64,000 nt of DNA from Ascoidea asiatica JCM 7603. Lineage: Eukaryota; Fungi; Ascomycota. The first letter of the stretch is position 1; each line of letters opens with the position of its first letter. The position numbers were made by a program, and so were the translations under genes. Below the pieces are notes generated by a model that worked only from the letters and a program-made list of their open reading frames with translations, did not search any database and was not told where the DNA came from. Positions 11,201-22,484 of the stretch are shown here, piece after piece. The stretch covers positions 119,325-183,324 of the forward strand of contig BCKQ01000001.1 of assembly GCA_001600695.1 (NCBI GenBank). The letters run 5' to 3'.

Positions 11201-14200
11201 ACAAAAGCAAAAAGCTGAGCTTATACGTTGGCTTCAACAAAAAATTCAATCCCTAGATTTTGGTGGAGATGATGCATTAACTTTAAATATTTTATTAATT
11301 CTTTTAAATAATGATGGAAACGTTGACTCCCAACTATTCATCAAATCAATTTGCAACATTTTGAATCCGAAAGTAGAAATATCATTTGATTCAGGGGCTC
11401 TTTTAAACTCTATGAGATCTAGATCATCAACAATCGGTACTGCTTCTGGGTTTAGAGTAAGTTCCAGCTCAATTTTGGAGCTACTTGAAAAGGGAGAGAA
11501 GTCGGCAGCTTTGGCTAAATGTATTAATGAAAAAGATTGGTCTCTAGCCTTACTTTTAGCAAACACCGTTTGTCCTGAGAAATATTCAATGGTTGTTGAT
11601 CAGTATATTAATGATTGTTTCAAAACAAAAAGCGACCTTGATAGCAAATTATTATCTTTTTCTCTTCTCATTCTATCAGGAAGAATTAGGGAATCAATTG
11701 CCTCCATAAACCAGGAAATTGCTTTGAATCATTGGAACAAAATTGTATCCTTAATATTAGTTGATTCTTCTAATTCCGATCTCAAGCGAGATTTTTTGAT
11801 TGCATTTGGCTCTTTTTTTATTGAAAAGGGTTTTCTAAATTTGGCTCATGTCTTTTTCATGATATCGTTAGTCCCTTTCAGCACTATTCCATTACAAACA
11901 GGTATTGTATTCAATTTAATAGGGTACTCCGGGTTGGGGAAATCGCCTAGATCAACCTGTATGAGTGAAATATATGAGTTTGTTTTGATTCTTGCCTCGA
12001 ATAATATGATGAATTCTTCAAGTTTTCTTCATCTTTTACCTTTCAAGCTAGCTCGTGCCCAATATTTAGCTGACTATGGTTATTTAAAGGAAAGTTTAAA
12101 ATTGGCTGAGCATTTAAATAACTTTGTAAACACATCCAAAGCTTTCATTCCTCCTATAGTCATTTATGAGCTTAATAGCTTACTTAATAGATTAAAAGAA
12201 ACAGAAGACTCCCCTGTATCGTCTGGTTGGTTTGGAAAACCAAAATTAGATAAACTTTTTAATAAATTCATATCAGGAGAAGATGATGACAAGCCAGTTT
12301 CAGCACCTACGGTGTTTTCTCAATTTGATTCTGTTGTTGCTGAAGAAAATAATGTTCCTTCCAATCAAAATATTTCTTCACATCAAAATCATTTTTCACC
12401 ACCAATTTCAAAGAAAAAGTTTTCTCCTAAGAAACGAGAAAGTTTATCTAAATTCAAACAACTTTCCAATCCTCCGACTTTCTATAATGATTCTCCAAAA
12501 ACTGTAGAGCTTCATCCTAGATTTTCTACACCCAACTCATTGAATTATAGCTTAATGAATGATATGTATGAATCAGATTCGCAGAAAAAACCGGTTATAA
12601 ATTCAGCCAAGACTGGTATATCTAAATTTTCACCTCCTGCTCAAATCATCAATAAGCAGGGAAACAACTACAAACAAGATAAAACTTTTTCTGTCCAAAA
12701 AAGCAAATATAATACTAGAGAAAATAATTCTTCCAATTTTAGAAGTCCTGATATTTCATCTCACAATACCAATTATGGTAAAGCTACTGACTATAATCCT
12801 GCATCTTCTATCCGTAGCTCTTTGAAATATAAGGCAAATAATGTGGATGGTCCTCAACAACTGACTGAGAGAACGGGGTCAATCTCGGTAGATTTTAACA
12901 ATTTAGCATCAAATCAAAACTCTAAGCCATATCATCCAAAGCAATTTTCACTTCCTGCCCAAGTTGCATTAGCTTCCCAAACATCTCCACCTATTCATAA
13001 TTTTCCAGTTACTCAAGCTACACCATCTGTACATTTTTCACCCCAAAATGCCCAAAGTCCAGAGACTCAATTATTACCGCCAGGATCAGTAATATCAAAC
13101 CCAGCCCCTCCTTCTCCACCACCTCTTGTTTCTAAAGTTGAACCTCTGCAGTCCATTCATAAATTTCCAGAACAAAATACTTATCCAACTTTAAAAAATA
13201 AGCCATCGATTTCTTCTAAATATTTACCCCCTGCAGCTAACCCATACGCACCTAAAAACCCAGATAATTCAAAAGTAAAAAGTTCATCTCCAGAAACCAC
13301 TAAAATTTCAGTTCAAAATGAATACCCTACTCAAGAGGAATACCCTATCCAAGAGGAATATCCTATACAAGAACAATATCCTATACAAGAAGAATATCCT
13401 TTACAAGAAAAATATCCTGTTCAAGAGGAATACTCTAGTAAGAATGAATACCCTGTTTATGATAACTATGTAAATGAAAACAATTTTCATTCTAGTCCAG
13501 CAGAAAATGAAAAAAGTAGTGTTGAAACACCTCCTACCTTAAATGCATCTCCTACTGAACTGGTTACCAATTCAAGATATATGCCTGCTGCTATTAATAG
13601 ATACGCTCCTCATATTTCTGACCAAGTAGAAGAGCCAATCACATCTCTCGAAACCACCCTTAATTATGGTCTGGAGATTGCTGCTGATAGCCTTTCATCG
13701 GAACCATTTAATATCATGGATGATGTGATAGATGAAAAAGACCAAGAACAGGAAGATGCTCGAAGAAATGAGCCTCAAACAAAGGGCTGGTTTTCAGGTT
13801 GGTTTGGACCTAAACAAGAGGGCCCAAAAATCTATAAAGCAAAATTAGGTAATGAAAATCAATTTGTTTACGATGAGTTTGAAGGTCGTTGGATTCAAAA
13901 ATCAGAAAAGAAAGAGTCGGATGTTAAACTGAATAAAAAATCCGAAAAAGATGATATGGAACCTAAAAAAGGATGGTTTGCATTTCTTTCTAGAGGAAAA
14001 GATAATAAAAAAGAACCAACAGTTTATAAGGCAAAATTAGGAAAAGAAAGTAAATTTCATTATGATGAAAAGTTGAAAAGATGGGTTATGGAAGGTGAAG
14101 AAATAAAAGAAGAAGTAGCTAAACCTCCACCTCCTCCAATGAAAAAGATGCCTATGAAACAACCAAGATTACCTCCAAAACAACCAATTAAATCCCCTCC

Positions 14201-14657
14201 AAAGGAAATCAAAAATATGAATAGTCCCTCGACTAGTAGTGTTGATGTAAATAAAGTAGACGATACCATTGCTGTTGAGGAGAAGGATGTTAAAGATCCA
14301 ATAGATCCAGAAACAGAAAATAAAAAGAAAACCCCATCAATATCAAATGGTTTAAGTACTCCTGTTCCAAGCATTAATACTCCCCCAGTAACTCAAAGTC
14401 CATCACCATCTATCAATGGAGCTGTTGTTATACCTGCTTCAAAAACTGAGTCTAGTGGATTTTCCTTGGTGGATGTTGCAAATGGAAAAGCTCCAACTAG
14501 AAGTAGACGTACAGGTAGGTCTAAAGCTGGTAAAAAAACACAAGTTGACATGTCTCTTTTAGATTTAGTTTCAGGAACATCTACAGTGGGTAAAACTACA
14601 CGTAAATCTAAAACTCATAGAGGACATAAACCTCCAATGCCTCCAAAAACAGATTAA
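8259..14657 (+). CDS. SEC16: COPII coat assembly protein Sec16
   Basis: 2132 aa and mostly low-complexity. Central helical domain (PIFKWN ... DWSLALLLAN ... LADYG), GWFGKPKLDKLFNKFISGEDD and the C-terminal GWF...YKAKLG...F.YDEKLKRWV motifs are typical of Sec16. Confidence 0.88.
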   Translation: MSASVKSQSDSSLVSLSKQNDNLVTVNSSEDKLVDIDDQLINENIIDKMPIDKAPIDNVPIDNPIIGETLSDYISMDNNLEKVNSINNQLTEDKSNDSEIYDDKSVVEINSTPDIPINDKKNISSDVIIIDSSNDNVDLIDMKSDHDSNESNLVESAKTESINKKLIDIHLIDNQSFDNETFDNQLVENKSMDGKSEDDKSINNKLLEDNSIDKNSIDNKSIENISMDNNSMDNEQINNIFQTDNNSIDDLFGKNDSFDDDIFGKTNSLNDDIFGQINNSIPTTIPSDTNPLINNSSNLSNNLSNNLSNNFSNDFSKNNGNDNNSNPFNDNDNNPFNNNEDENDYNPFNNDSINNDLNFQNLLDNESINTKSSDNDSIDMKVTDNNSDLITSPISLNLTNNIDNDINNNNDNNNKNKNISENKKMDLTLSLAFLENLDEEEEEDDEEDDDDGNDQENKGAIEQPQKSTDLSKSLAFLDDIDDESEDEEPSEVLQIDKSQLNQNQNLQQKYSPNYNQINNQTSPILPVKPQFNIQKNIQNNIQNNNFNDNTNGYDFLNKKKSFNTLNRSRSSTLNKLPPTVSKKKSFFEELPILIPEKAFRKPKSHSRLPIMNQSHPPNMNSHMNLPPQMNPSQMNPPQMNSLPMNPQMNPQMNQLPISQQFPTLPSKYNPPVPNSTSQVPLNYNGSQFPPLQQNFNSQNFNLASQMPMNTNTQILSAQMSIPNLYQPPPTTLNSQQFSQTPVISQYNPVSQINHPQFSSNVNSSSVNPPQNTKRSKYKPPEPSLDPNGSINQYSSLVQNAPPKVLPFNSNGPIPQAIPQGTSISPQLGFGFNPPVSQPISQGNTILPQLGFGLNGSLKTTEKYSSKKIANLHLNVQDPSLFKGKNNSPYTPVTPYMSDKPPVRRKSNRESILASPDSYSLHLTYQIPIFKWNSNKILHVIPTNDHFIQNKIELKTIQSIFKSDPLIESFPIINFTQNLTKTQKQKAELIRWLQQKIQSLDFGGDDALTLNILLILLNNDGNVDSQLFIKSICNILNPKVEISFDSGALLNSMRSRSSTIGTASGFRVSSSSILELLEKGEKSAALAKCINEKDWSLALLLANTVCPEKYSMVVDQYINDCFKTKSDLDSKLLSFSLLILSGRIRESIASINQEIALNHWNKIVSLILVDSSNSDLKRDFLIAFGSFFIEKGFLNLAHVFFMISLVPFSTIPLQTGIVFNLIGYSGLGKSPRSTCMSEIYEFVLILASNNMMNSSSFLHLLPFKLARAQYLADYGYLKESLKLAEHLNNFVNTSKAFIPPIVIYELNSLLNRLKETEDSPVSSGWFGKPKLDKLFNKFISGEDDDKPVSAPTVFSQFDSVVAEENNVPSNQNISSHQNHFSPPISKKKFSPKKRESLSKFKQLSNPPTFYNDSPKTVELHPRFSTPNSLNYSLMNDMYESDSQKKPVINSAKTGISKFSPPAQIINKQGNNYKQDKTFSVQKSKYNTRENNSSNFRSPDISSHNTNYGKATDYNPASSIRSSLKYKANNVDGPQQLTERTGSISVDFNNLASNQNSKPYHPKQFSLPAQVALASQTSPPIHNFPVTQATPSVHFSPQNAQSPETQLLPPGSVISNPAPPSPPPLVSKVEPLQSIHKFPEQNTYPTLKNKPSISSKYLPPAANPYAPKNPDNSKVKSSSPETTKISVQNEYPTQEEYPIQEEYPIQEQYPIQEEYPLQEKYPVQEEYSSKNEYPVYDNYVNENNFHSSPAENEKSSVETPPTLNASPTELVTNSRYMPAAINRYAPHISDQVEEPITSLETTLNYGLEIAADSLSSEPFNIMDDVIDEKDQEQEDARRNEPQTKGWFSGWFGPKQEGPKIYKAKLGNENQFVYDEFEGRWIQKSEKKESDVKLNKKSEKDDMEPKKGWFAFLSRGKDNKKEPTVYKAKLGKESKFHYDEKLKRWVMEGEEIKEEVAKPPPPPMKKMPMKQPRLPPKQPIKSPPKEIKNMNSPSTSSVDVNKVDDTIAVEEKDVKDPIDPETENKKKTPSISNGLSTPVPSINTPPVTQSPSPSINGAVVIPASKTESSGFSLVDVANGKAPTRSRRTGRSKAGKKTQVDMSLLDLVSGTSTVGKTTRKSKTHRGHKPPMPPKTD
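13314..13460 (+). repeat. 18-bp coding tandem repeat encoding (Q-E-E-Y-P-I)-like units in SEC16
   Basis: QNEYPT QEEYPI QEEYPI QEQYPI QEEYPL QEKYPV QEEYSS KNEYPV. Confidence 0.9.
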
Positions 14658-15158
14658 AATTAATGAATCGTATTGTTGCATTTATTTTTTAGATTTTTTT
14701 TATAATTTTATGTTTTCCTATTGTTATCTGTGATTATTTTTATTTAGGATCTTTTTTTTGAAAAATTTAACAAACTCATTTGTTAATTCAATTCTTTTGC
14801 TTTTTTTTTTAATTGCTTTTTTTGTTTTTTATATAAAGTTTTGTGTTTTTGAACATAGTAAATACGCTGTATTATTTTATAAAAGTAATTTAAAGTTTCT
14901 TTCAAAATGGATTAAAATAAATTCTATTAAAGAATAAAAGTTAAAAGAGAATTGGAGGAAAATAACCAATGAGAAAAATAGAAAAAGAGAATGAAGAAGA
15001 GCAGGAAAGTAACAAAAATAAAAGATGATTTTGAATTCTAATGTATAGGAAGTTAAGAAAAAGAAAAAGAAGAAAAAAAAGAAAAAGAAGAAAAAAAAAC
15101 AAAAAACGCAAAACGATAAAATTATAAAATTACAAAATTTCTAATAAAGAAAGTGATA

Positions 15159-16529
15159 TTATTGAATAATACATTTTTGATTACCAAGTACAGCTTCATA
15201 TTGTTCTTTTGCAATTTCTAATTCATTTTCATTTTGTTTTTCTTTTGTTTCTTTTGGAAAATATAATTGTAAAAATTGTAATCTTGCAATATCTAAATTA
15301 TTTTGATCAGCATTTAAAACCACATTTTTTCTACAAAGAGGACATTTATCAGTTTTTGATCTTTGTAATTTAACAAGACATCTTATACAAAAATAATGAT
15401 TACAATCTAATTTTATTGGTTTAAAAGCAATTGAACAACAAATTGGACAAAGATAATCATCAATTTGAGGAATTATAGTTAATAATTTTTCTGAAATTAT
15501 AAAAAATAAAGAATGAGCAAAACTTTCATTAATAAAAGGATCATTTTTTAAAATTAAATTTGGAAAAATTGATTTAATTTTAAAATTTGTTCTTTTATCA
15601 AATTTTTTAAGAATTTTAGTTATTGCAATTTTATTTAAATTTTGAAATTTAATTGCAGATAATAAATTTAAATTTAAATTTAAAAAATTATTAAAATTTA
15701 AATTATTTTTTTTATTTTTAAAATTTGAAATTAAATTTAAATTCAGAATTTTTTTTATAAATAAATTTAAATTATTATTAATATTATAAAAATTTTTTTC
15801 ATTTGAAGTAATTTGATTAAATTTATAAAAAACTTCAGATTCCATATAAATTTTAAAGATTAATCTCCAATTATATAAATCATCATCAAAAGAAGATAAA
15901 GATTTATTTTTATTTTTATTTTTTATATTAATTAATTTATTTATATTTAATTTTTTTGAAATATTATTATTGTTATTATTGTTGGATTTATTTGGATCAA
16001 TTGATTGAATTATATCATTACTTAATAATTTAATTTGATCAATCATTAAAGATTCTTGATTTTGTTTTAAAAGATCTAAATCAGTAATTTCTTTATAAAT
16101 TGTATTAAAGAATAATTGATCATTATTTGAATGAATTATAATTAAATTAGAATTAATTTCTTGATTATTATCTTGAGATATTGAATTTTGAATTAATTCT
16201 AAATTATGATTTTTATCTAATAAATTTTTCAAAAGAATATCAATTTCATCATCATTATCAATATTATTATTATTATTGTTATTATTATTATTAAAACGTA
16301 TTGTTAATTTAGTTTGTAAAGAATTATTATTATTAATTAAATCATAAGATATTATTGATTTATTTGATAAAGTTATAATAATATCTTTATTTAAACCTAT
16401 ATAATCAAATTCTTGTACAATTTTTTTAATTATTTTTTTTAATTTTTTATATTGAATTGCATGATTTATCCATTCTTTTGGAATATCATCATCAGTTAAA
16501 CTTTGTTCAAAATGTTTACCAAATTTCAT
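15159..16529 (-). CDS. SPX-RING E3 ubiquitin ligase (similar to S. pombe Pqr1/Spx1 and plant NLA)
   Basis: N-terminal SPX signature (MKFGK...YKKLKK...KILKKFDK) and C3HC4 RING (CPIC...CNHYFCIRC...CPLC). Confidence 0.9.
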   Translation of the reverse strand: MKFGKHFEQSLTDDDIPKEWINHAIQYKKLKKIIKKIVQEFDYIGLNKDIIITLSNKSIISYDLINNNNSLQTKLTIRFNNNNNNNNNNIDNDDEIDILLKNLLDKNHNLELIQNSISQDNNQEINSNLIIIHSNNDQLFFNTIYKEITDLDLLKQNQESLMIDQIKLLSNDIIQSIDPNKSNNNNNNNISKKLNINKLINIKNKNKNKSLSSFDDDLYNWRLIFKIYMESEVFYKFNQITSNEKNFYNINNNLNLFIKKILNLNLISNFKNKKNNLNFNNFLNLNLNLLSAIKFQNLNKIAITKILKKFDKRTNFKIKSIFPNLILKNDPFINESFAHSLFFIISEKLLTIIPQIDDYLCPICCSIAFKPIKLDCNHYFCIRCLVKLQRSKTDKCPLCRKNVVLNADQNNLDIARLQFLQLYFPKETKEKQNENELEIAKEQYEAVLGNQKCIIQ

Positions 16530-17187
16530 TTTTTCTTTAATATTATTATTATTAATATTATTATTATTATTATTATATTATTGATTTTGTAATTATATAT
16601 TGAGATAAATTCATACAATTCATAATTAATTATATATACAAGATTTATATTAGAGAAAAGAATATGGATTAAGATGATTAATGAATGTAAGAATATTAGT
16701 AAATAATTGATGATGACAAAACTTCTCTTTATTATTTATATGTTTTTTAGATTTCTTTCGATTTAATGATATTTAATGATTATTATTTAATAAATATTTT
16801 ATTATTATTATTATTATTATTATTTATTAATTAGTAAATATTATTTTGGTCATGAGAATAAAGAAATGTATCGCAGGATTTATAGTCAAAAATGGAAGAG
16901 AATTTAAATTGAAATCAGGAAGTTATCAGCAGAAATGATTGTCTGAGGACTGAGGTATGGTTAATTTGAAATATATTTGGATTAAATAAAATGCATTATT
17001 TGTTATTTCTCTATTTTATTTATGATTCTTTGATTCTTTGATTATTTGATTATTTATATCTTTATTTCATCACTTCATTATATTTTTACTTCTTCTTTAT
17101 TTCGTTTATTTGCCCTTTTTTTTGCTTCGTACGAGAACTCTGCAATGAAAAAGACGAGTTCCGGTTAAAACTGGCAATGTCACGGGA

Positions 17188-17275
17188 CACGTTTCCATTC
17201 CGGGATGTTTTTTTTTTAATTTGCCACAAATTAGCAGCCACACACGGGTACACGTGGATGGTTTAAACCACGTGG
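17188..17275. promoter_or_regulatory. Cluster of Pho4-type E-boxes upstream of the SPX-RING gene
   Basis: CACGTTT at 17188, CACGTGG at 17251 and CCACGTGG at 17268, within 90 bp and about 660-750 bp upstream of the ATG at 16529. Confidence 0.6.
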
Positions 17276-17755
17276 CCGGTGTCCTATATAATGTTTATTT
17301 TGTCTCAATTCACCGTCCTATATTGTTTAACTTACTGCCCCAACCGATAAGAAAACAAAGGAACAAAGCAATAAATAAACAAACACAGCAATTGAAGTCG
17401 AGTGGCTGAGAAAGTACACAAAGAAGCTGTTGGTGGTAGTAGTAATATATTAATAGAGCAGTAAGAAGCCTGAACAGAGTAACCTGAATATAACAAAATA
17501 TAGTAACCTAATATAAAACAGAAATAGAAATAGAAATAGAAAGAAAAGAAAATAGAATAAAATAGAATAGAATAGAAAGAATAAATATTTTTTGAAGAAT
17601 CAAGAATTGTTAGGCATACAAACAAGGCTATTGAACTAAAGCAAAAAGTTATCAATAAAGAAAACAAACAAAATATAAAGAATAATAAATAAATAAGAAG
17701 AAGAAAAAAGTAAATAGAATAAAAAAAAGAAGAATAGTTTTAATTCAAAATTGAA

Positions 17756-18742
17756 TTAAACTACTGTAGTTTGTGGTTGAGATTGAGATTGAGATTGAGA
17801 TTGAGATTGAGATTGATCAACCCATTGATCATTATCAATTTCAGTTTCTTCATCAATTATATGAGAAGAATCTTCAATATCATTTTGATCATTTGAATAA
17901 ACATCATCAACAGTTGCATGCATTGATAATGAAGGTTTTATAGCTGCAGAATCTAAAGTCCAATTAGCTAAAGCATTTTCAGCATCAATAATAATTTGTT
18001 TTGAAGCTTCATAACCATCATAACTTGATCTTGTTTCACCTGGAGTTATAGCATTATCATCTAATAATTCTAATAAAGCTTTACCATAACTTGCAATTAA
18101 AGCAAATTTTTCTGCCAATTCTCTCATTGCATCAAATTGATAATTAAATGAAGCTTTTAATTTATCTCTTGTAATATTTGATAATTGAGCTTCTGCAACT
18201 AAAGATTCAGCTTCTGCTCTAACTAATTCTTGTTCTAAAATTGGAATTTTTTGAGAATTTGAATCTTTATATTTTAATTTTGCAATTTCATCAGTAATTT
18301 TTTGTTTTCTTTCTCTTGAAGGTTCAACAGAAGCTTCAATATTTCTAATTGATTTTAATGTAATTCTATATTGATCATATTTATCAATAAATTGATCTTC
18401 TAATTCACCAATTTCATAAATTAAAACACCTAATTTATCAGTAATATCAGAAACATCATCATCATTTTCTTCACCCCAAAGTGATAATTGTTTTGCAACT
18501 TCTCTTCTTTCTTTTGCAACTAATTCAACAGCTCTCATTACATTTTTTTCCATTTTAATAAATTGTGATAATTTTTTTGCTAAATCTGGTCCAAAATTTC
18601 CTGCAGTATTTTTACGAATTGTACCACCAATTGAACCTTTACCGAAAAAACTACCTTTAGTTGTTGAAGTTGGAGGTGGTGGAGATTGTAATTGAGAATT
18701 GGTTGGAGCTCTTGAATTTCTTAATGAATAAGTTCTATGCAT
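17756..18742 (-). CDS. LSP1: Eisosome BAR-domain protein Lsp1
   Basis: MHRTYSLRNSRAPT start; the IRNIEASV and EKFALIA variants match Lsp1 rather than Pil1. Confidence 0.9.
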   Translation of the reverse strand: MHRTYSLRNSRAPTNSQLQSPPPPTSTTKGSFFGKGSIGGTIRKNTAGNFGPDLAKKLSQFIKMEKNVMRAVELVAKERREVAKQLSLWGEENDDDVSDITDKLGVLIYEIGELEDQFIDKYDQYRITLKSIRNIEASVEPSRERKQKITDEIAKLKYKDSNSQKIPILEQELVRAEAESLVAEAQLSNITRDKLKASFNYQFDAMRELAEKFALIASYGKALLELLDDNAITPGETRSSYDGYEASKQIIIDAENALANWTLDSAAIKPSLSMHATVDDVYSNDQNDIEDSSHIIDEETEIDNDQWVDQSQSQSQSQSQSQPQTTVV

Positions 18743-19431
18743 TTTAATAGTTATTAATTAATATTAGTATTAGTATGTACGTGGGTATGTGAGTAGGTAT
18801 ATAGCACTTGAGTAATATAACAATTGAATATAATATAATATAATAATATAATAATATAATAATATAATGATAATCTTTATGGGATAATCAGCAAATAAAT
18901 AAGAAACAGAGAGAAAGAAAGAAGGAAATACACTTCTCTACACTACTCTCTACACTACTACTCTACTTTACTACTTCTCTTCCTCCTTCTTTCTTTCTGC
19001 TCGCTTTCCTCTTTCAGCTTTCTTTCCTTATATTCCCTACTCATCCACGCAACCGATGACACAAATACCTTCTGAAATAGGGACATTGCACACCTCAGTA
19101 ACGGTGGCCATTACGTAATACTCCACCTCCGCAGGCCAACTGCACCGCGTGTCTCTTCTCCGGCTGCACTCTTGCCCCTTAACTTCCCTCCGCAAACAGC
19201 ACCTTTTCCATGCTTGCTGCTCTTGCTTGCTTTCTGTTTTTGATTGCTCATGAAATTGAAGCTGGTGAAAATATGCAAAATTACATTGAAATTACATTGA
19301 AATATAGAAATTTTACATTATTTTCACATTATTTTACAATAATTTCATTGATTATTTAATAATTATTTAATAAATTTAACTAGTTTCAACTAACTTAAAG
19401 CAAGTCTTCTTTTTATTACGTAATTTTTTAT

Positions 19432-20919
19432 TCATATTTTAATCTTTTTTCGATTATTATCATCATTTTCATCATTTTCATCATTTTCTCTTTTTAATCT
19501 ACTACCAACTTCTTCTTCTTCAATTTCTTCAATTTCTTCAATTTTAATATTTGAAACAATTCTAATATAATCTTCTTTAATTCTTTCATAAGCTAATTGT
19601 AATTGATTAATTTTTTCATTAATTTCTAATTCATTTAATAATTCTTTATTTTTTTCAAATAATCTAATTTTTATAAAAATTCGAATTTTTTCTTCTTTAA
19701 TATCTTTAAATTTATTTAATTTTAAAATATATTTTAAATAAATTAATCCCATCTCAATACATCTTAAAAATTGTCTTTTTTCAAATTTATTCTCTTTTCT
19801 TTTATCTTCTAACCATTTATATTCAATTATATTTTTATTTCCAATATTATTATCAATATTATTATCAATATTATTATCAATACTATTATCTAAAATAAAA
19901 AATTTATTTAAAATTTCTTTAAATAATCCAATTTTTATTAACCTTTTTAAATCACATTTATCTCTTAAATCATCAAATTCTTCACTTGGATCTTCAATAA
20001 CAATCTCTTTAATATATTCATCTTTAAACCAATATTCATATAATTTATTATAAAATTCTTTACCATGACCTAATTTTTGATATGGTGGTAAGATAATAAA
20101 TTGACTTATTTTCTTCCTTAAATATATATTTAATTTATCTTTATTACTATCTTTATTATCTAATTCATTCAATTTTAAATCAATTGTTCTATTCTTATCA
20201 TTATCACACTTATCTTGAAAATTAAAATTAAAATTATTATCATGAATTTTATATCCTTGATAATTCCAATATGAATAAACTGTTGAAAATCCAATTAAAT
20301 TTAAATTATTTTTATTAAAAATTAAAAAAATTTCCCAATTTTCATCTTTAAAATCAATATATGTACCTGCTTCAATAAATAATAATATAAAAATTTGAAT
20401 TCTTTTATGAAATTTAATTAAATTTAAATTATTAAATAATTTACCTTTTAAAATTATAAATTCTTCAAATTTATTTAAAATTTTATTAAATTTAAAATAT
20501 TTCCCAATTTCTTTTAAATTTTTTATTAATTCTTCATAAAATTTATCTTGTTCTTTTTTTATAATTCTTATCCAATTTTTTTCATCTTTATAAATAAAAT
20601 CTTTACTAAGAAATTTTTTTAAAATTAAATTTGGTTCTTCAATTTTTATTATTTCATTTTTATCATTATTTGGTAATTTTAATTTATTACTATAATTAAT
20701 ATTTAAAAATGGTAACATTGTAATTGAATCAAATGCTAATTCAATATTTAAATCTCTAAATCCAAATATTTGTTCAGAATCTCCAAATATTGGATATGTA
20801 AAAATTGGTTTAAATGAATAAATTCCATTAGAATTAACAATTGAAATTTTCATACATTCTGTTGAAGAACATGTCCAATCTTCTGGTGAAAATGATTGAA
20901 TTAAATTCTTAATATCCAT
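19432..20919 (-). CDS. HAT1: Histone acetyltransferase type B catalytic subunit
   Basis: FKPIFTYPIFGDSEQIFG, LLFIEAG, ISQFIILPPYQKLGHG (GNAT acetyl-CoA motif) and EDPSEEFDDLRD. Confidence 0.93.
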   Translation of the reverse strand: MDIKNLIQSFSPEDWTCSSTECMKISIVNSNGIYSFKPIFTYPIFGDSEQIFGFRDLNIELAFDSITMLPFLNINYSNKLKLPNNDKNEIIKIEEPNLILKKFLSKDFIYKDEKNWIRIIKKEQDKFYEELIKNLKEIGKYFKFNKILNKFEEFIILKGKLFNNLNLIKFHKRIQIFILLFIEAGTYIDFKDENWEIFLIFNKNNLNLIGFSTVYSYWNYQGYKIHDNNFNFNFQDKCDNDKNRTIDLKLNELDNKDSNKDKLNIYLRKKISQFIILPPYQKLGHGKEFYNKLYEYWFKDEYIKEIVIEDPSEEFDDLRDKCDLKRLIKIGLFKEILNKFFILDNSIDNNIDNNIDNNIGNKNIIEYKWLEDKRKENKFEKRQFLRCIEMGLIYLKYILKLNKFKDIKEEKIRIFIKIRLFEKNKELLNELEINEKINQLQLAYERIKEDYIRIVSNIKIEEIEEIEEEEVGSRLKRENDENDENDDNNRKKIKI

Positions 20920-21051
20920 TATATATCACTTATATTATACTCTATTACCTCTAAAAAAATATATTAATTAATTGATTACTTATATTAATCCACTTATTCA
21001 ACAAATATTTATTATTATTATTTTATTTCATTTATGTGTAATTTAAAATTT

Positions 21052-21057
21052 ACGCGT
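21052..21057. promoter_or_regulatory. MCB element (ACGCGT) upstream of HAT1
   Basis: Single ACGCGT in a very AT-rich intergenic region about 135 bp upstream of the HAT1 ATG. Confidence 0.4.
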
Positions 21058-21330
21058 TATTTAAATATTTCAGTGTTACCCTGCAAATACAACAGTAATT
21101 GAAAAAAAAAAAAAAAAAAAACTACATTTTATTTCTATTGAAACAACGATTTAAAACAATAATTCATAAATAAATGTGTAAATAAATGATAATGATAATG
21201 ATTAAAGGAACTAGAAAGATATTGAATTGAAAAATAGTAGATTGTTTGATTGTGATTTGAAAGATTTGAAAACAACAAAAAAAAAACAAAAAGAAACTTG
21301 AAGAAATTTAAAGAATATACAAAATTTTTA

Positions 21331-21382
21331 ATTAATGATTGAAATTAATGATTGAAATTAATGATTGAAATTAATGATTGAA
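21331..21382. repeat. 13-bp tandem repeat (ATTAATGATTGAA)x4
   Basis: Four perfect units immediately 3' of the MAPK stop codon. Confidence 0.9.
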
Positions 21383-21383
21383 A

Positions 21384-22484
<1,101 letters not shown>

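Noticed and set aside
9083-14374. Antisense and alternative-frame ORFs inside SEC16, and similar ones inside the MFS, BUL1, DBR1, RRM and LPMO genes
   Set aside because: Shadow ORFs caused by biased codon usage of the real genes.
21331-21382. Tandem repeats considered as a CRISPR array
   Set aside because: Eukaryotic sequence, no spacers and no cas genes; simple minisatellites.
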